DNA of 64,000 nt from an uncultured Eubacteriales bacterium (GCA_900554275.1 USGS01000001.1:5036-69035), one strand, 5' to 3'; shown: positions 16,652 to 26,733, counted from the first letter of the stretch. The notes: generated by a model from the sequence alone, not told the origin. Numbers and translations are program-made.

Positions 16652-17772
16652 ATCTCTTCACCTCTCCTGACGGCGATCTGTTCCCGGGCGCAGTCCAGCG
16701 CCGCGCGCACCACCTGGTCCATGTCGTAGTAGCGGTACTCGCCCAGCCGGCCGCCGAAGATCACGCGATGCTCCCGCTGCGCCAGCTCACGGTACGCCCG
16801 GTACAGCGCCGCGTTCTTCCCATCGTTGACGGGGTAGTACGGCTCGTCTCCCGGCCGCCACTCCGCGCTGTATTCCCGGGTGATGACGGTCTTCGGCTGC
16901 GTGCCGTACACAAAATGCTTGTGCTCGATGATGCGGGTGTAGGGCGTCTCCGCGTCGGTGTAGTTCACCACCGCGTTGCCCTGATAATTGTCCGTGTCCA
17001 GCAGCTCCGTCTCGAAGCGTAGGCTGCGGTATTCCAGCGCACCCAATCGGTAGTCAAAGTACGCGTCGATGGGGCCTGTATACAGCACGCGCTCCGCCAG
17101 GGCCGACAGTTCCTCCCGCCGGGGGAGGAAATCCGTGTGCAGATGCACCGGGATGCCCTCCAGCATCCGCTCCACCAAGGCGGTGTAGCCGTCCTCCGGG
17201 ATGCCCTGATGGTAGGCGTTGAAGTAGTTGTTGTCATAGGTGAACCGCACCGGCAGCCGCCGGATGATGAACGACGGCAGCTCCGTACACGGACGCCCCC
17301 ACTGCTTCTGCGTATACCCCTTTATCAGCTTCTCGTAGATGTCCCGGCCCACCAGCCGGATGGCCTGCTCCTCCAGATTTTGCGGTTCGCCGCCGGAGGC
17401 CTCCTGCTGCCGCCGTATCTCCGCCCGGGCCTGGGCCGGCGTCGTAACGCCCCACATCTGGTGGAACGTATTCATATTGAAGGGCAGGTTGTAAAGCTCC
17501 CCCTTGTAGTTGGCGATGGGGCTGTTGGTGAACCGGTTGAAGCGAGCGAAGCGGTTTACATAACTCCATACTGTGTCGTCGTTCGTGTGGAAAATGTGCG
17601 CGCCGTAGCGGTGGACGGCGATCCCTTCCACCGTCTCGGTGCAGGCATTCCCCGCCACATGATCCCGCCGGTCGATCACAAGACAGCGCTTGCCGGCGTC
17701 CGTCATCTCTCGGGCGAACACCGCGCCGAACAGGCCCGCGCCCACGATAAGATAGTCGTACTCTCTGCTCAT
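16648..17772 (-). CDS. glf: UDP-galactopyranose mutase
   Basis: YDYLIVGAGLFGAVFA FAD-binding motif, 374 aa, strong similarity pattern to Glf. Confidence 0.9.
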   Translation of the reverse strand: MSREYDYLIVGAGLFGAVFAREMTDAGKRCLVIDRRDHVAGNACTETVEGIAVHRYGAHIFHTNDDTVWSYVNRFARFNRFTNSPIANYKGELYNLPFNMNTFHQMWGVTTPAQARAEIRRQQEASGGEPQNLEEQAIRLVGRDIYEKLIKGYTQKQWGRPCTELPSFIIRRLPVRFTYDNNYFNAYHQGIPEDGYTALVERMLEGIPVHLHTDFLPRREELSALAERVLYTGPIDAYFDYRLGALEYRSLRFETELLDTDNYQGNAVVNYTDAETPYTRIIEHKHFVYGTQPKTVITREYSAEWRPGDEPYYPVNDGKNAALYRAYRELAQREHRVIFGGRLGEYRYYDMDQVVRAALDCAREQIAVRRGEEI

Positions 17773-18518
17773 AGCTTCAATTTCCCCGCCAAAAAGGCCT
17801 CGTACCGGTCACAAATCTGCTGCACATCGTCCCCAAACTCGATCTGCCGGCCCTTGTGCAGCCACAGGATCTTGCTGCACAGCTGCCGTACCTGGGTAAT
17901 GGAGTGGGAAACCAGGATGGTGGTCGCGCCGGACGCCAGGATTTCCCGCATCTTCGCCTCGCTCTTCTTCCGGAACGCCCCATCGCCCACGGACAGTACC
18001 TCGTCCAAAATCAGGATGTCCGGCTGCACCAGACTGGCGATGGAGAAAGCCAGGCGGCTCTTCATGCCGGAGGACAGCTGCTTGAACGGACGGTCCTCAA
18101 ATTCCTTCAGCTCCGAAAACTGCATGATCTGCTCGTACATCTCGTCCATGAATTTGCGGGTGTAGCCCAGCATAGCGCCGCGGAGATACGTGTTCTCCCG
18201 CACCGTCAGGTCGCCGTCGAACCCGCTGGCCAGCTCCAGCAGCGCCGCGATCGTGCCCTCCCGGTAAACGCTGCCCTGGGTGGGCTCCATGATGCCGGAA
18301 ATCACCTTCAGCAGCGTGGACTTACCCGCGCCGTTGGTGCCGATAATCCCCAGCATATCCCCCTGCTCCAGGGTGAAACTGATGTCCCTGTCCGCCCAGA
18401 ATTCCTTGACGTGGTAGTCGTGGCGCAGCCTCCGCAGCACGTATTCCTTCAGTCCAATGTCCTTGAAATCCCCTGTGATATAGCGGATGGAGACATCGCG
18501 GACCTCTAAAATGCTCAT
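17769..18518 (-). CDS. Polysaccharide ABC exporter ATP-binding protein (Wzt/TagH-type; start at MSILEVRDVSI)
   Basis: Walker A GIIGTNGAGKST, signature LSSGMKSRLAFS, Walker B ILILDE. Confidence 0.8.
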   Translation of the reverse strand: MSILEVRDVSIRYITGDFKDIGLKEYVLRRLRHDYHVKEFWADRDISFTLEQGDMLGIIGTNGAGKSTLLKVISGIMEPTQGSVYREGTIAALLELASGFDGDLTVRENTYLRGAMLGYTRKFMDEMYEQIMQFSELKEFEDRPFKQLSSGMKSRLAFSIASLVQPDILILDEVLSVGDGAFRKKSEAKMREILASGATTILVSHSITQVRQLCSKILWLHKGRQIEFGDDVQQICDRYEAFLAGKLKL

Positions 18519-18528
18519 TTCCGCCTCC

Positions 18529-19335
18529 TTACACGTAGTACAGAAACCGCGTGTTGTACTTCTTATACATCCAGCAGCCCAAGCCCAGCACCGCCAGCAC
18601 ATCTGCCGCCATCAGCAGGTGAAACCACACTGTCGGGATCGCGCCGTCAATGACGATCTTCCGGAAGTAGCGGATAAAGAGGTATATCGGGTTGACGAGG
18701 AACAGGCACTGCACCGTGTAGTCATAGTGGTCGATGGTGTAGAAGATCGCGGAGGCGTACAGCAGGATCTGGGTAAAGATGCCCCAGAGGTACTGGATGT
18801 CCCGGAAGAACACATACAGCGCCGACAGTATCAGGCCCACACCGATGTTGAACAGCACCAGCAGGCAGACGGGATACAGCAGCAGCAGGAATTTCCAGGT
18901 AAACAGAATGTGGTCAAGCCCGCAGAACACGAAGAAAATGCACAGCGTCAGGCTGAAGTTGATCAGCGTCTGCACGTTTTTGGAGAACAGGAACAGGTAC
19001 TTGGGGATGTTGACCTTGGTGAAGATGGCCGCGTTGTTCACAAGGGATGTCATCCCCTGGGACGTAGACTCGTTGAAATAAGAGAACACCAGGTTGCCGC
19101 AAAACAGGTAGATGGTGTAATGCTCCATGGTCCTGCCGAAAAACTGGGTGAACACCAGCTTCATCACCAGCAGCATGAGCAGCGGCGAGAGCAGACTCCA
19201 CGCCATGCCCAGTACCGTGCGTTTGTATTTTTTCTTGAAATCACGCTTCACCAGCTCCTCAAAGAGAAAGCGGTGGCGCAGGTATTGCTGCATCATGTCA
19301 AAATCCCGACGGCGCGTCTTTCGCGCCTGCTCCAT
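18529..19335 (-). CDS. ABC-2 type polysaccharide exporter permease (Wzm/TagG-type)
   Basis: 6 predicted TM helices, ABC-2 family profile, adjacent to Wzt-like ATPase. Confidence 0.75.
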   Translation of the reverse strand: MEQARKTRRRDFDMMQQYLRHRFLFEELVKRDFKKKYKRTVLGMAWSLLSPLLMLLVMKLVFTQFFGRTMEHYTIYLFCGNLVFSYFNESTSQGMTSLVNNAAIFTKVNIPKYLFLFSKNVQTLINFSLTLCIFFVFCGLDHILFTWKFLLLLYPVCLLVLFNIGVGLILSALYVFFRDIQYLWGIFTQILLYASAIFYTIDHYDYTVQCLFLVNPIYLFIRYFRKIVIDGAIPTVWFHLLMAADVLAVLGLGCWMYKKYNTRFLYYV

Positions 19336-19353
19336 TGGTTTCGCTTCGGTCTA

Positions 19354-20256
19354 TTACTTCGCCGCCCCGGTGTAGGTCTCAAGCAGCCAGTCCACCGTGT
19401 CGGCCAGCGTATACTGCGGTCTCCATCCCATCTGCGCATAGAACAGGGACGAATCCATCTCGTCGATAAGCGCCGCGTCCCGCTTCTGCCGGGTGATGGA
19501 CACCCGCCAGCCGTACAGCCGCTGTGCCTCTTTCTGGATGATGGGCGCGATGTCCTTCAGCCGGGTCGCCTGCTCCGCGCCGAAATTATACAAGGGCCGC
19601 CATGCCGTCGGCTCTTTCCGCAGCAGCGCCCGTATGCCTGCGGCGGCGTCCCGTATGTCCAGCATGGAGAACTGCTGCTCTCCTCCCATGACGGTGAGTG
19701 CGCGGTCGTGAATGGCCCGCATGGTCATCTGCGACACCAGCCGTGCCTCCATGCCGACGCCGATGAGCCCGGCCATACGCAGCACCGTATAGCGAAAGCC
19801 ATACGCCTCCGCCGCCTGGCGGGTCAACAGTTCCTGGGCCGCCTTCGCCAGGGCATACGGCGAGGCCGGCATCAGCTCCGCCGTCTCCGTCCAGGGAGTC
19901 TGCTCATTCTGGCCGTACACGCTGCGAGAGGAAATGTCCACCCATGCGATCTCTTTTCCGGATGTGCCCGCCTTTTTCAGCAGCGTACCGGTCAGATCCA
20001 GCGCCTCCGTCAGCTCCTGTCCGTTCTCCTGCCTGGGAAACGCGCCGTGGACGATCACGTCACCGTCCGCCAGGGGCATCTGCGCTAACTCGTCCCAGGA
20101 GCAGCATTTCATATTCGCATAGCCCTGCCAGCGCCGGGTCAGTGCCTGTGGCTGCCGCGTGACCGCGACGATCTCCGCCTGCGGGTCGGCCCGCAGGGTC
20201 TGTTCGATCAGTTCACTGCCCAAAACACCGGCCGCGCCGGTCACGATCAGCCGCAT
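19354..20256 (-). CDS. NAD-dependent sugar epimerase/reductase (SDR family, RmlD-like)
   Basis: MRLIVTGAAGVLGSEL Rossmann motif; 300 aa. Confidence 0.7.
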   Translation of the reverse strand: MRLIVTGAAGVLGSELIEQTLRADPQAEIVAVTRQPQALTRRWQGYANMKCCSWDELAQMPLADGDVIVHGAFPRQENGQELTEALDLTGTLLKKAGTSGKEIAWVDISSRSVYGQNEQTPWTETAELMPASPYALAKAAQELLTRQAAEAYGFRYTVLRMAGLIGVGMEARLVSQMTMRAIHDRALTVMGGEQQFSMLDIRDAAAGIRALLRKEPTAWRPLYNFGAEQATRLKDIAPIIQKEAQRLYGWRVSITRQKRDAALIDEMDSSLFYAQMGWRPQYTLADTVDWLLETYTGAAK

Positions 20257-22130
20257 ACCGCACCTCTTTCGCCTGCAATATCTTCCTTCACCACGGCAAA
20301 CGGCTCGACGGTGCAGCCGTCGCCCACCGTGACGCCCGGCGCGATCCGCGCAAAAGCGCCCACGGTGACGCCGCGGCCCAGCACCGCGCCCTCACCGACC
20401 CAGCTGTCGTGCAGCAGCACGCAGCATTCGCCCAGCACCGCGCCGTATTCCACCGTGGCGGAGTGCAGCAGGCAGCACCGGCCCACCGTACTCCCGGCGT
20501 GGATATAGCTGTGTCCCATCACCGTGCAGCCGGCCTCCACCGCCGCCCCGCGTTCGATGACCGCGGTGTCGGCGCAGTACGTATACAGCGCCGCCCGTTT
20601 TTCCTCCGGCAATCTCTCCAGAAAGCGTCCGCGCTGTGCTGCCGTCTCCAGCGCGTTGACCAGCCCGTCGCCCTCCTCCAGCCGGATGTCCTCCATCCGG
20701 CCGATCACATCGCAGCCGTCGATGTCCTCCGGCAGGCACGCCAATTCCTCGTCCGCGAAGCCCCGCACGTCCCACTTCATACCGCTCTCGTTGCTCCGGA
20801 GCATCTGGCAGCAGACGCTCTGACCCAGGCGGCCCGCGCCGGCGATGACCACGCTCCTGACATCCGCCAGCACCGTATTTTTCGGCAGGGCCACGTACCG
20901 GGAGAAGTCGATGTAGTTCAGCTTTCTGCGCGCCGCGCCGCCCTGCTCTGTTTTCGGGAAAACCTTCTCCAGCCTCCGCCGTATCTCCTGCTGCCGCTGT
21001 TCATCGGAGGGCACATACGTTTTCCCCTCCTTCCGGCAGCGCAGCGCCTCGAACATATCCCTCCAATAGACCACAGACGCTTCCGGATGGTGATGCTCCC
21101 GTATCCACGCCACGGCCCTGTCGGACGGCAGCGGCCTTACAAATTCCTCAAAGGACATCTTTTCGATGTCGTCCGTGCACCCCAGCTCGATGCCACTGGC
21201 TGTAAAGCAGGTATAGACCGGGTTGTCCCGTGGCAGGAACACCTTATTCCCCACGTAGAGGGAGCGGAAAATATTCCCCAGCGCGTTCTGCCGGTGGGCC
21301 CCGTACACGCTGACATCGATGTCGCACAGCGCGTCGGTATACTTCTCCGCCGGCATAAGGCGCTTGAGACACACCGCCTTGTCGCCGAAATAGCCGTCGG
21401 CCCGCTTCTGCACCTCCGCCACGTACCCGTTCTTCTGGTTGTACCAGTCGTTGCCGTAGCTCAAGGGCAGCACCACGCGGATGTTCTCGTTCCGGTACTG
21501 CGCCAGCGCGTCCAGCAGCTCCAAATGGTGGTTGAACGCATAGGCGTTGTGCGCCACCTGGATATAGACCTTGCCGTTGGCCCGGGGCGCACGGCCGCGA
21601 AGGGATTCCATAGACGCAAAGGCGTTCTCCGAAAGGGGATAGGGCGTATAGAACACCTTGGCCCTTTGGCCGAACTGCTGGTGATAGACCTCCTCGTCCG
21701 GCTCAAAGATCACACACACATAGGGCATATTTTTCCGCCCGTGGTAGTTCACAAAGTTGATCGCCCAGCTCTTCGGCCCGCGCTCCTGCTTCCGCCAGTT
21801 ATACAGGTCGATGCCCCGGATGATCCAAACGGACTTCCGCATATATTTGCGGAACAGCAGCGGGATCAGCACCCTCTTGGCGCCGGACATCAGCCCGTGC
21901 CAAATGATATAGTCCGCCGCGTCGAATTCCTCGCAGATGGTACGAAACCTCTGGCGCAGCGAACCCATTACCTCCTTGGAGTTGCCGTATTCCAGCAGCC
22001 TTCTGTCCTCTCCGCCCACCTCGTCGCAGTAGAGGAAGCGATGCTCCTCCTCCGGGAAATTGCTTCGGATCATGCGCGTATAGGTGTCCATCATACGCAC
22101 GCTGGACAGCGATACGTGTAAAAAGCGCAT
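20247..22130 (-). CDS. Bifunctional fusion: GT56/WecF-like 4-amino-sugar transferase domain + NeuD/PglD-like hexapeptide-repeat N-acetyltransferase domain (start at MRFLHVS with AGGAGGGG RBS)
   Basis: N-terminal ~400 aa WecF-like; C-terminal VIAGAGRLGQ... Rossmann-like + left-handed beta-helix repeats (VGDGCTVEPFAVV..). Confidence 0.55.
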   Translation of the reverse strand: MRFLHVSLSSVRMMDTYTRMIRSNFPEEEHRFLYCDEVGGEDRRLLEYGNSKEVMGSLRQRFRTICEEFDAADYIIWHGLMSGAKRVLIPLLFRKYMRKSVWIIRGIDLYNWRKQERGPKSWAINFVNYHGRKNMPYVCVIFEPDEEVYHQQFGQRAKVFYTPYPLSENAFASMESLRGRAPRANGKVYIQVAHNAYAFNHHLELLDALAQYRNENIRVVLPLSYGNDWYNQKNGYVAEVQKRADGYFGDKAVCLKRLMPAEKYTDALCDIDVSVYGAHRQNALGNIFRSLYVGNKVFLPRDNPVYTCFTASGIELGCTDDIEKMSFEEFVRPLPSDRAVAWIREHHHPEASVVYWRDMFEALRCRKEGKTYVPSDEQRQQEIRRRLEKVFPKTEQGGAARRKLNYIDFSRYVALPKNTVLADVRSVVIAGAGRLGQSVCCQMLRSNESGMKWDVRGFADEELACLPEDIDGCDVIGRMEDIRLEEGDGLVNALETAAQRGRFLERLPEEKRAALYTYCADTAVIERGAAVEAGCTVMGHSYIHAGSTVGRCCLLHSATVEYGAVLGECCVLLHDSWVGEGAVLGRGVTVGAFARIAPGVTVGDGCTVEPFAVVKEDIAGERGAVCG

Positions 22131-22167
22131 TTCTTCCCCTCCTGTGTTGTTTCTTTCTCCATATCGG

Positions 22168-23154
22168 TCATAAAGACCGCAGGCGGCGCACACACCTGCG
22201 CCACGTCAGCTTTATCAGCTCAAGCGGCAGCAGCACCACGCAACACCAGCCGCCATCCTCCCCCCGGAGTTGGGCCGCCTCGCCCTGCATGGTCTCCGAC
22301 CGTCCAAGCACCGCCCGCACCCACGCCTTCGCGTACAGCTCTCTGCGGAAGCGGGAGAAAACGATCCTCCGGCCGAATTCCTCATACGCATACCGCTCCA
22401 TGGCCCGTGTGATCTGCACATCCCGCACTATGGAGGCCTCCCCGGCCAGCTGGGACGTAACGTTGCCGCCCTGCAACGCCGGCACGTAGCGGTACACGCT
22501 CATGGGCTGGTCAAAGCAGTAAAAATCGCCCTGCAGCAGAAAGATAAGCATGGCAGTCCTGTCGGAGATCATGGTGTCCGCCTCCGTCAGAACGGAGTAA
22601 TCGTGGGCGGGTGCTCGGAAAATATTCCGGCGCATCAGGCTGGACGCCTGGCCAGGCAGATGCACCCCGTCAAAGTCCGCCAGTGTGAATACCCGCTTCT
22701 GCCTGATCCATTCCGGCTTTCCCCGGATGGCGCAGCCGTTTTCATCCACGCACCGTATCCGGGAGGTGCAGCCGATGAAGCCCGGCGACTCTCTGAGAAA
22801 TGCCGCCTGTTTTTCCAGCTTGCGGGGGTCGATCCAGTAGTCGTCGCCCTCCAGCGACGCGATGAGCTCTCCCCTCGCCTGCTGCAGCAGCAATACGGCG
22901 TTCCGCGCCGCGCCTACGTTTTCCGGCCTGATAAATGCTTTGATAATATCCGGGTACGCCCGTGCGTACTCCGCCACGATGTCGCTCGTCCCGTCGTCGG
23001 ATGCGTCGTCCCCGATCAGCAGCTCATAGGGGAAGGACGTCTCCTGGGCCAACACGCTCTCGATGGCCTGGCGAATATAACGCCGCTGGTTGTACGCGAT
23101 GAGTATCACGCTGACCAGCGGCTTTTCATCGCACCGTTTCCTCTTATCGTTCAT
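22168..23154 (-). CDS. Family 2 glycosyltransferase
   Basis: VSVILIAYNQRRYIRQAIESVLAQ...GDDASDDGT (DxD region) GT2 signature. Confidence 0.75.
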   Translation of the reverse strand: MNDKRKRCDEKPLVSVILIAYNQRRYIRQAIESVLAQETSFPYELLIGDDASDDGTSDIVAEYARAYPDIIKAFIRPENVGAARNAVLLLQQARGELIASLEGDDYWIDPRKLEKQAAFLRESPGFIGCTSRIRCVDENGCAIRGKPEWIRQKRVFTLADFDGVHLPGQASSLMRRNIFRAPAHDYSVLTEADTMISDRTAMLIFLLQGDFYCFDQPMSVYRYVPALQGGNVTSQLAGEASIVRDVQITRAMERYAYEEFGRRIVFSRFRRELYAKAWVRAVLGRSETMQGEAAQLRGEDGGWCCVVLLPLELIKLTWRRCVRRLRSL

Positions 23155-23168
23155 AACCATACACCCGG

Positions 23169-24458
23169 TCAAAACGGCTCATGGAGACGCCGGACGTCAA
23201 ATGGGCAGAACAGCATATTCCGTCCCTCCGTGTCCTCCACCCGGATCAGCATCTGGATGGCCCGGATCACCTCCGCCAGCTCCTCCAAACTTTGCCCTTT
23301 TATGTGGGTACGGAACACAGACTGGGTCATGGCCGCGTCGTCGGCGATCACATCGCCCTCTGTTTTCAGGTACTCCGCCGCCAGAACGTTTTCCAGCGCC
23401 AGCACCCGCTCCCGGCCGCTCAGGCGACCGATGACGCCGCTCCTCGCGGTCATGTTGAAGATGCCGCTGTAGCCCCGCATATCGGAATAGACCTCCCGAA
23501 GCGTCCCCTCGCCCATGCTTCCGGTGAGGGCAAAGCGGATCATCATCTCCAGATAGTCCACCCCATAGGCATCGCGGATGTTGTGATAGTCGCACAGGGC
23601 GTTGAGCCTGTAGCCGCACTCGAAAAAGGTGACCCTGTCCGGCGCGGCGATGCCCTGAAAGAAAACACAGCCGTTGGACGCGCCCACGCGCGCCAGCAGC
23701 CGCCTGAACCCGGGGTCGCTCTGCCGCAGGAACAGGTTCATATATTTGGAGGGCATCAGCGACAGGTCATACTGGGATGTGACCCGCTCATGCTCCCTGG
23801 TGGGATAGCGATCCCGGAGGCAGACAAAGCTGATGACGCCGTCCTTGATGACGTACACCGCCGTGACCTCGCGGCCCACCACATATTCCTCCGCCACGAT
23901 CTGCCCGCTGGGGGACTCCCGTACCGCCAGCGCCACGGCCTGCCGCAGCTCTGCCTCATCGGTGCAGATCGTCACGCCCACCCCGCCGCCGCCATCCCGG
24001 GGCTTGATGATGAGCGGATACCGCAGCGCCCGCAGCTCGTCCGCTCCCAGGGTTGGCGTTATCCCATAGCTCTCCGGCACATCGATGCCCGTCCGCTTGC
24101 AGCTTTCCTTGAAAAACACCTTGTCGAAGTTCAGCCGCAGCTGCTCCTCCGACGCATAAAAAGGCTTTCCGCACAGGGCGCAAAGCTCTTTTGTCCTCTT
24201 CAGGTTGAACTCATGCACGCCGGTGAAGATACCGTCCACGCCCTCGTCCCGGACGCGCTCCGCCAGGCGCTCCACCTCCGCCGTGCTGATGTCCCAGTAT
24301 TCGTCCGCCATGAGCTTGGCCGGTGACCTCTCCGGTGGGACGTTGTCCGTCACGATGGTGTAGACTCCCATCCGTTTGGCCGCACGCACAATGTCCGGCG
24401 TTGCCGCCGGACGGCCGCCCATGATGAGCAGCTTTTTTCCTGCTACGCTCTGTTCCAT
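23169..24458 (-). CDS. ATP-grasp domain protein (putative amino-acid/carboxylate ligase acting on sugar intermediate)
   Basis: 429 aa, ATP-grasp fold pattern (RYPLIIKPRDGGGGVGV, EEYVVGRE). Confidence 0.65.
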   Translation of the reverse strand: MEQSVAGKKLLIMGGRPAATPDIVRAAKRMGVYTIVTDNVPPERSPAKLMADEYWDISTAEVERLAERVRDEGVDGIFTGVHEFNLKRTKELCALCGKPFYASEEQLRLNFDKVFFKESCKRTGIDVPESYGITPTLGADELRALRYPLIIKPRDGGGGVGVTICTDEAELRQAVALAVRESPSGQIVAEEYVVGREVTAVYVIKDGVISFVCLRDRYPTREHERVTSQYDLSLMPSKYMNLFLRQSDPGFRRLLARVGASNGCVFFQGIAAPDRVTFFECGYRLNALCDYHNIRDAYGVDYLEMMIRFALTGSMGEGTLREVYSDMRGYSGIFNMTARSGVIGRLSGRERVLALENVLAAEYLKTEGDVIADDAAMTQSVFRTHIKGQSLEELAEVIRAIQMLIRVEDTEGRNMLFCPFDVRRLHEPF

Positions 24459-24471
24459 CCTGTTCTCTTCC

Positions 24472-25344
24472 TCACTTATCGCGCTCCATGACGAGCTTTT
24501 TCACCCTGGCCCGCAGACCGCTTCCCGGCGGCAGCAGTGCGTTGATGACCTGCTGCTTCACCCGCCGGCCCGTGTCCGGCTCAAAATGCACGCGAGGCAG
24601 CTCCAGACAGGCCAGCGATGCCCGCCGCTTCGTGTAGTACACGCCGAACAGCCGCTCCGCCAAATACCCGTCCACCCGCAGCTCCTGGGCGCTATACCCG
24701 CTGAGATCAGCGGTCTCGTCAAACTCCCGCAGGATCGGGAACAGCCAGCCGCAGTAGTCGAAAAACGTCTCCCGGTCCATGATATAGATATTGCCCCAAT
24801 AGCATATCGTTCCCGACAGATAGTGCTCCATGGCCTCCGCGTACTCCGGGTATCTTCGGGCCACGATGCGCTCCGCCAGCTCCAGATCCTTCGCTCTGTG
24901 GAACGGCGCCGCACCGTAGTGTTCCCGCACGGAGACGTGCATATCCTCCCCTACGGGCGCAATGAGCTGGTATTGCCCGATCAGCCCGGCAAACGTACCG
25001 TAGCCCAGCTTCTCCAGAAGTGGCCCGTCGGGCTCGGACCGGATGATATATGGCCTGCGGCAGTGCGTGTCGGGGTAGAGATACCGCCGGTAATGGAAAA
25101 AGCCGTAGTATTCGGCGTCCGCATTCTTCCAGGCCCAGTACTGGCCCGTCAGCTCGCAGTAGCGCCTGTTCAGGCGGGAGATATTCTCTCCGCTGTCATC
25201 CCGGATGTAACCGTCCAGCGGCCGGTCAGCCAGCGCCGCCCCCACATGGATGGGATACAGCAGGCCGCCTTCAGGCACGGGAAACGCCTTGTGGCACGAG
25301 ACGAATATTCGGATGTCAGGCGCGTGTCTCTCAGCCATGGGCAT
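24472..25344 (-). CDS. DUF4422-family protein (polysaccharide-locus associated, putative glycosyltransferase)
   Basis: IRIFVSCHKAFPVP... typical DUF4422 start; exact start codon ambiguous (25338/25344/25362). Confidence 0.55.
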   Translation of the reverse strand: MPMAERHAPDIRIFVSCHKAFPVPEGGLLYPIHVGAALADRPLDGYIRDDSGENISRLNRRYCELTGQYWAWKNADAEYYGFFHYRRYLYPDTHCRRPYIIRSEPDGPLLEKLGYGTFAGLIGQYQLIAPVGEDMHVSVREHYGAAPFHRAKDLELAERIVARRYPEYAEAMEHYLSGTICYWGNIYIMDRETFFDYCGWLFPILREFDETADLSGYSAQELRVDGYLAERLFGVYYTKRRASLACLELPRVHFEPDTGRRVKQQVINALLPPGSGLRARVKKLVMERDK

Positions 25345-25404
25345 CTTCCCTTTTCTCTGCATCTGTCAGCCATACACGGGCCGCCTGCAGGCGCGTCCCG
25401 TCGT

Positions 25405-26505
25405 TTACAGTCCTTCGATCACGTCGCAGACGCGGTCCACCTGCTCCAGTGTCAGGTCCGCGTACAGCGGCAGACACAGGATCTCCTCCGCCGCCTTCTG
25501 CGCCACCGGTGTCTCCTGCACCGGGTAATTCTGCCGTACCAGCGGGAACGATGAGGTCAGCGGATAGAAATACTTCCGGGCGAAGATCTCCCGCTCCGCC
25601 AGCGCCGTCAGCACCGCGTCCCGGCCATAGCCCAGCTGTTCCGGCAGGAAGCGCACCGGCATATAGGCGTAGTTGGACACCACGCCCATCTGCTCTGGGG
25701 ACAGCACGACACCGTCCCGCCCGCTCAGCCGCTGGCGGTAACGCTCTGCCGCCTGACGGCGGCAGGCGATCTGCTCGTCCAAATGCCGCAGGTTGCAAAG
25801 CCCCATAGCGGCGGAGAATTCCGTCATCTTGGCGTTGGTCCCCAGCATCTCCGACTGCTCGCCGTCGTACATACCGAACCGCTCCCACGCCGTGAAAAAC
25901 GGCTTCAGCGTCCCATCACCATAGGTAAGGCAGCCGCCCTCCGCCGTGTGGAACACCTTGGTGGCGTGAAAGCTGAACATGGACACGTCGCCCATGGCTG
26001 CGGCGCTGACGCCGTTTTCGCTGATGCCGAAGGCGTGGGCCGCGTCGTAAATGACCTTCAGCCCGTGTCTGTCCGCGATCTCCCGGATGGCCTGCCAGCG
26101 GCAGATGTGTCCGTACACATGGACCGGCAGGATCGCCACAGTCTTATCCGTGATCAGCGTCTCCAGCTTCTCCGGGTCTAACGTGTACTGCTCCTCCTCG
26201 ATGTCGCAGAACACCGGCGTCAGCCCTGCCCGCGCAATGGCCAGCGTGGTCGAGCCATAGGTAAACGGTGTGGTGATGACCTCACCGCCCCGGGGGAATT
26301 GGGCCAGCGCCGCCTCCAGCGCCTGGTGGCCGTTGCAGAACAGCGACACGTTCTCCACCTGGAAATACGCCCGCAGCGATGCCGCCAACTGCTGGTGCTT
26401 CGTGCCCATGTTGGTCAGCCAGCGGCTGTCCCATATATCCCGGATCTCCTCCACGTACTCCTCAAAGGGCGGCATAGAGGATCTCGTTACCAAAATCTTG
26501 TCCAT
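25405..26505 (-). CDS. DegT/DnrJ/EryC1/StrS-family PLP-dependent sugar aminotransferase (start at MDKILV, GGGAGGGA RBS)
   Basis: HATKVFHTAEGG lysine motif, 366 aa. Confidence 0.85.
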   Translation of the reverse strand: MDKILVTRSSMPPFEEYVEEIRDIWDSRWLTNMGTKHQQLAASLRAYFQVENVSLFCNGHQALEAALAQFPRGGEVITTPFTYGSTTLAIARAGLTPVFCDIEEEQYTLDPEKLETLITDKTVAILPVHVYGHICRWQAIREIADRHGLKVIYDAAHAFGISENGVSAAAMGDVSMFSFHATKVFHTAEGGCLTYGDGTLKPFFTAWERFGMYDGEQSEMLGTNAKMTEFSAAMGLCNLRHLDEQIACRRQAAERYRQRLSGRDGVVLSPEQMGVVSNYAYMPVRFLPEQLGYGRDAVLTALAEREIFARKYFYPLTSSFPLVRQNYPVQETPVAQKAAEEILCLPLYADLTLEQVDRVCDVIEGL

Positions 26506-26639
26506 CGTCTGTCCCTCCCGCTTCCCGGCGGTATACAGGACCGTGCTCCCGCTGCCATCAGCGGCCGGTCCAATGCGAATGTTCTTTGCTTCGCAAAGAA
26601 CGAACCCCACAGGGGTTCAGCACATAATACATATTCTGT

Positions 26640-26672
26640 ATTATTATACCCAAATAAAGGGCAGAACGCAAG
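26640..26672 (-). promoter_or_regulatory. Sigma-A-type promoter TTGCGT-17-TATAAT for polysaccharide operon, followed by ~130-nt leader with two hairpins
   Basis: minus strand ttgcgttctgccctttatttgggtataat. Confidence 0.5.
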
Positions 26673-26699
26673 AACTTTTCCCACGCGAACAGCATATAT

Positions 26700-26732
26700 A
26701 GTGCCCGCCCGGGAGACCCGGGCGGGCGTTCG
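26700..26732. terminator. Second copy of 26-nt palindromic terminator gcccgcccgggagacccgggcgggcg
   Basis: identical to 15908-15935; downstream of exonuclease gene. Confidence 0.6.
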
Positions 26733-26733
26733 T

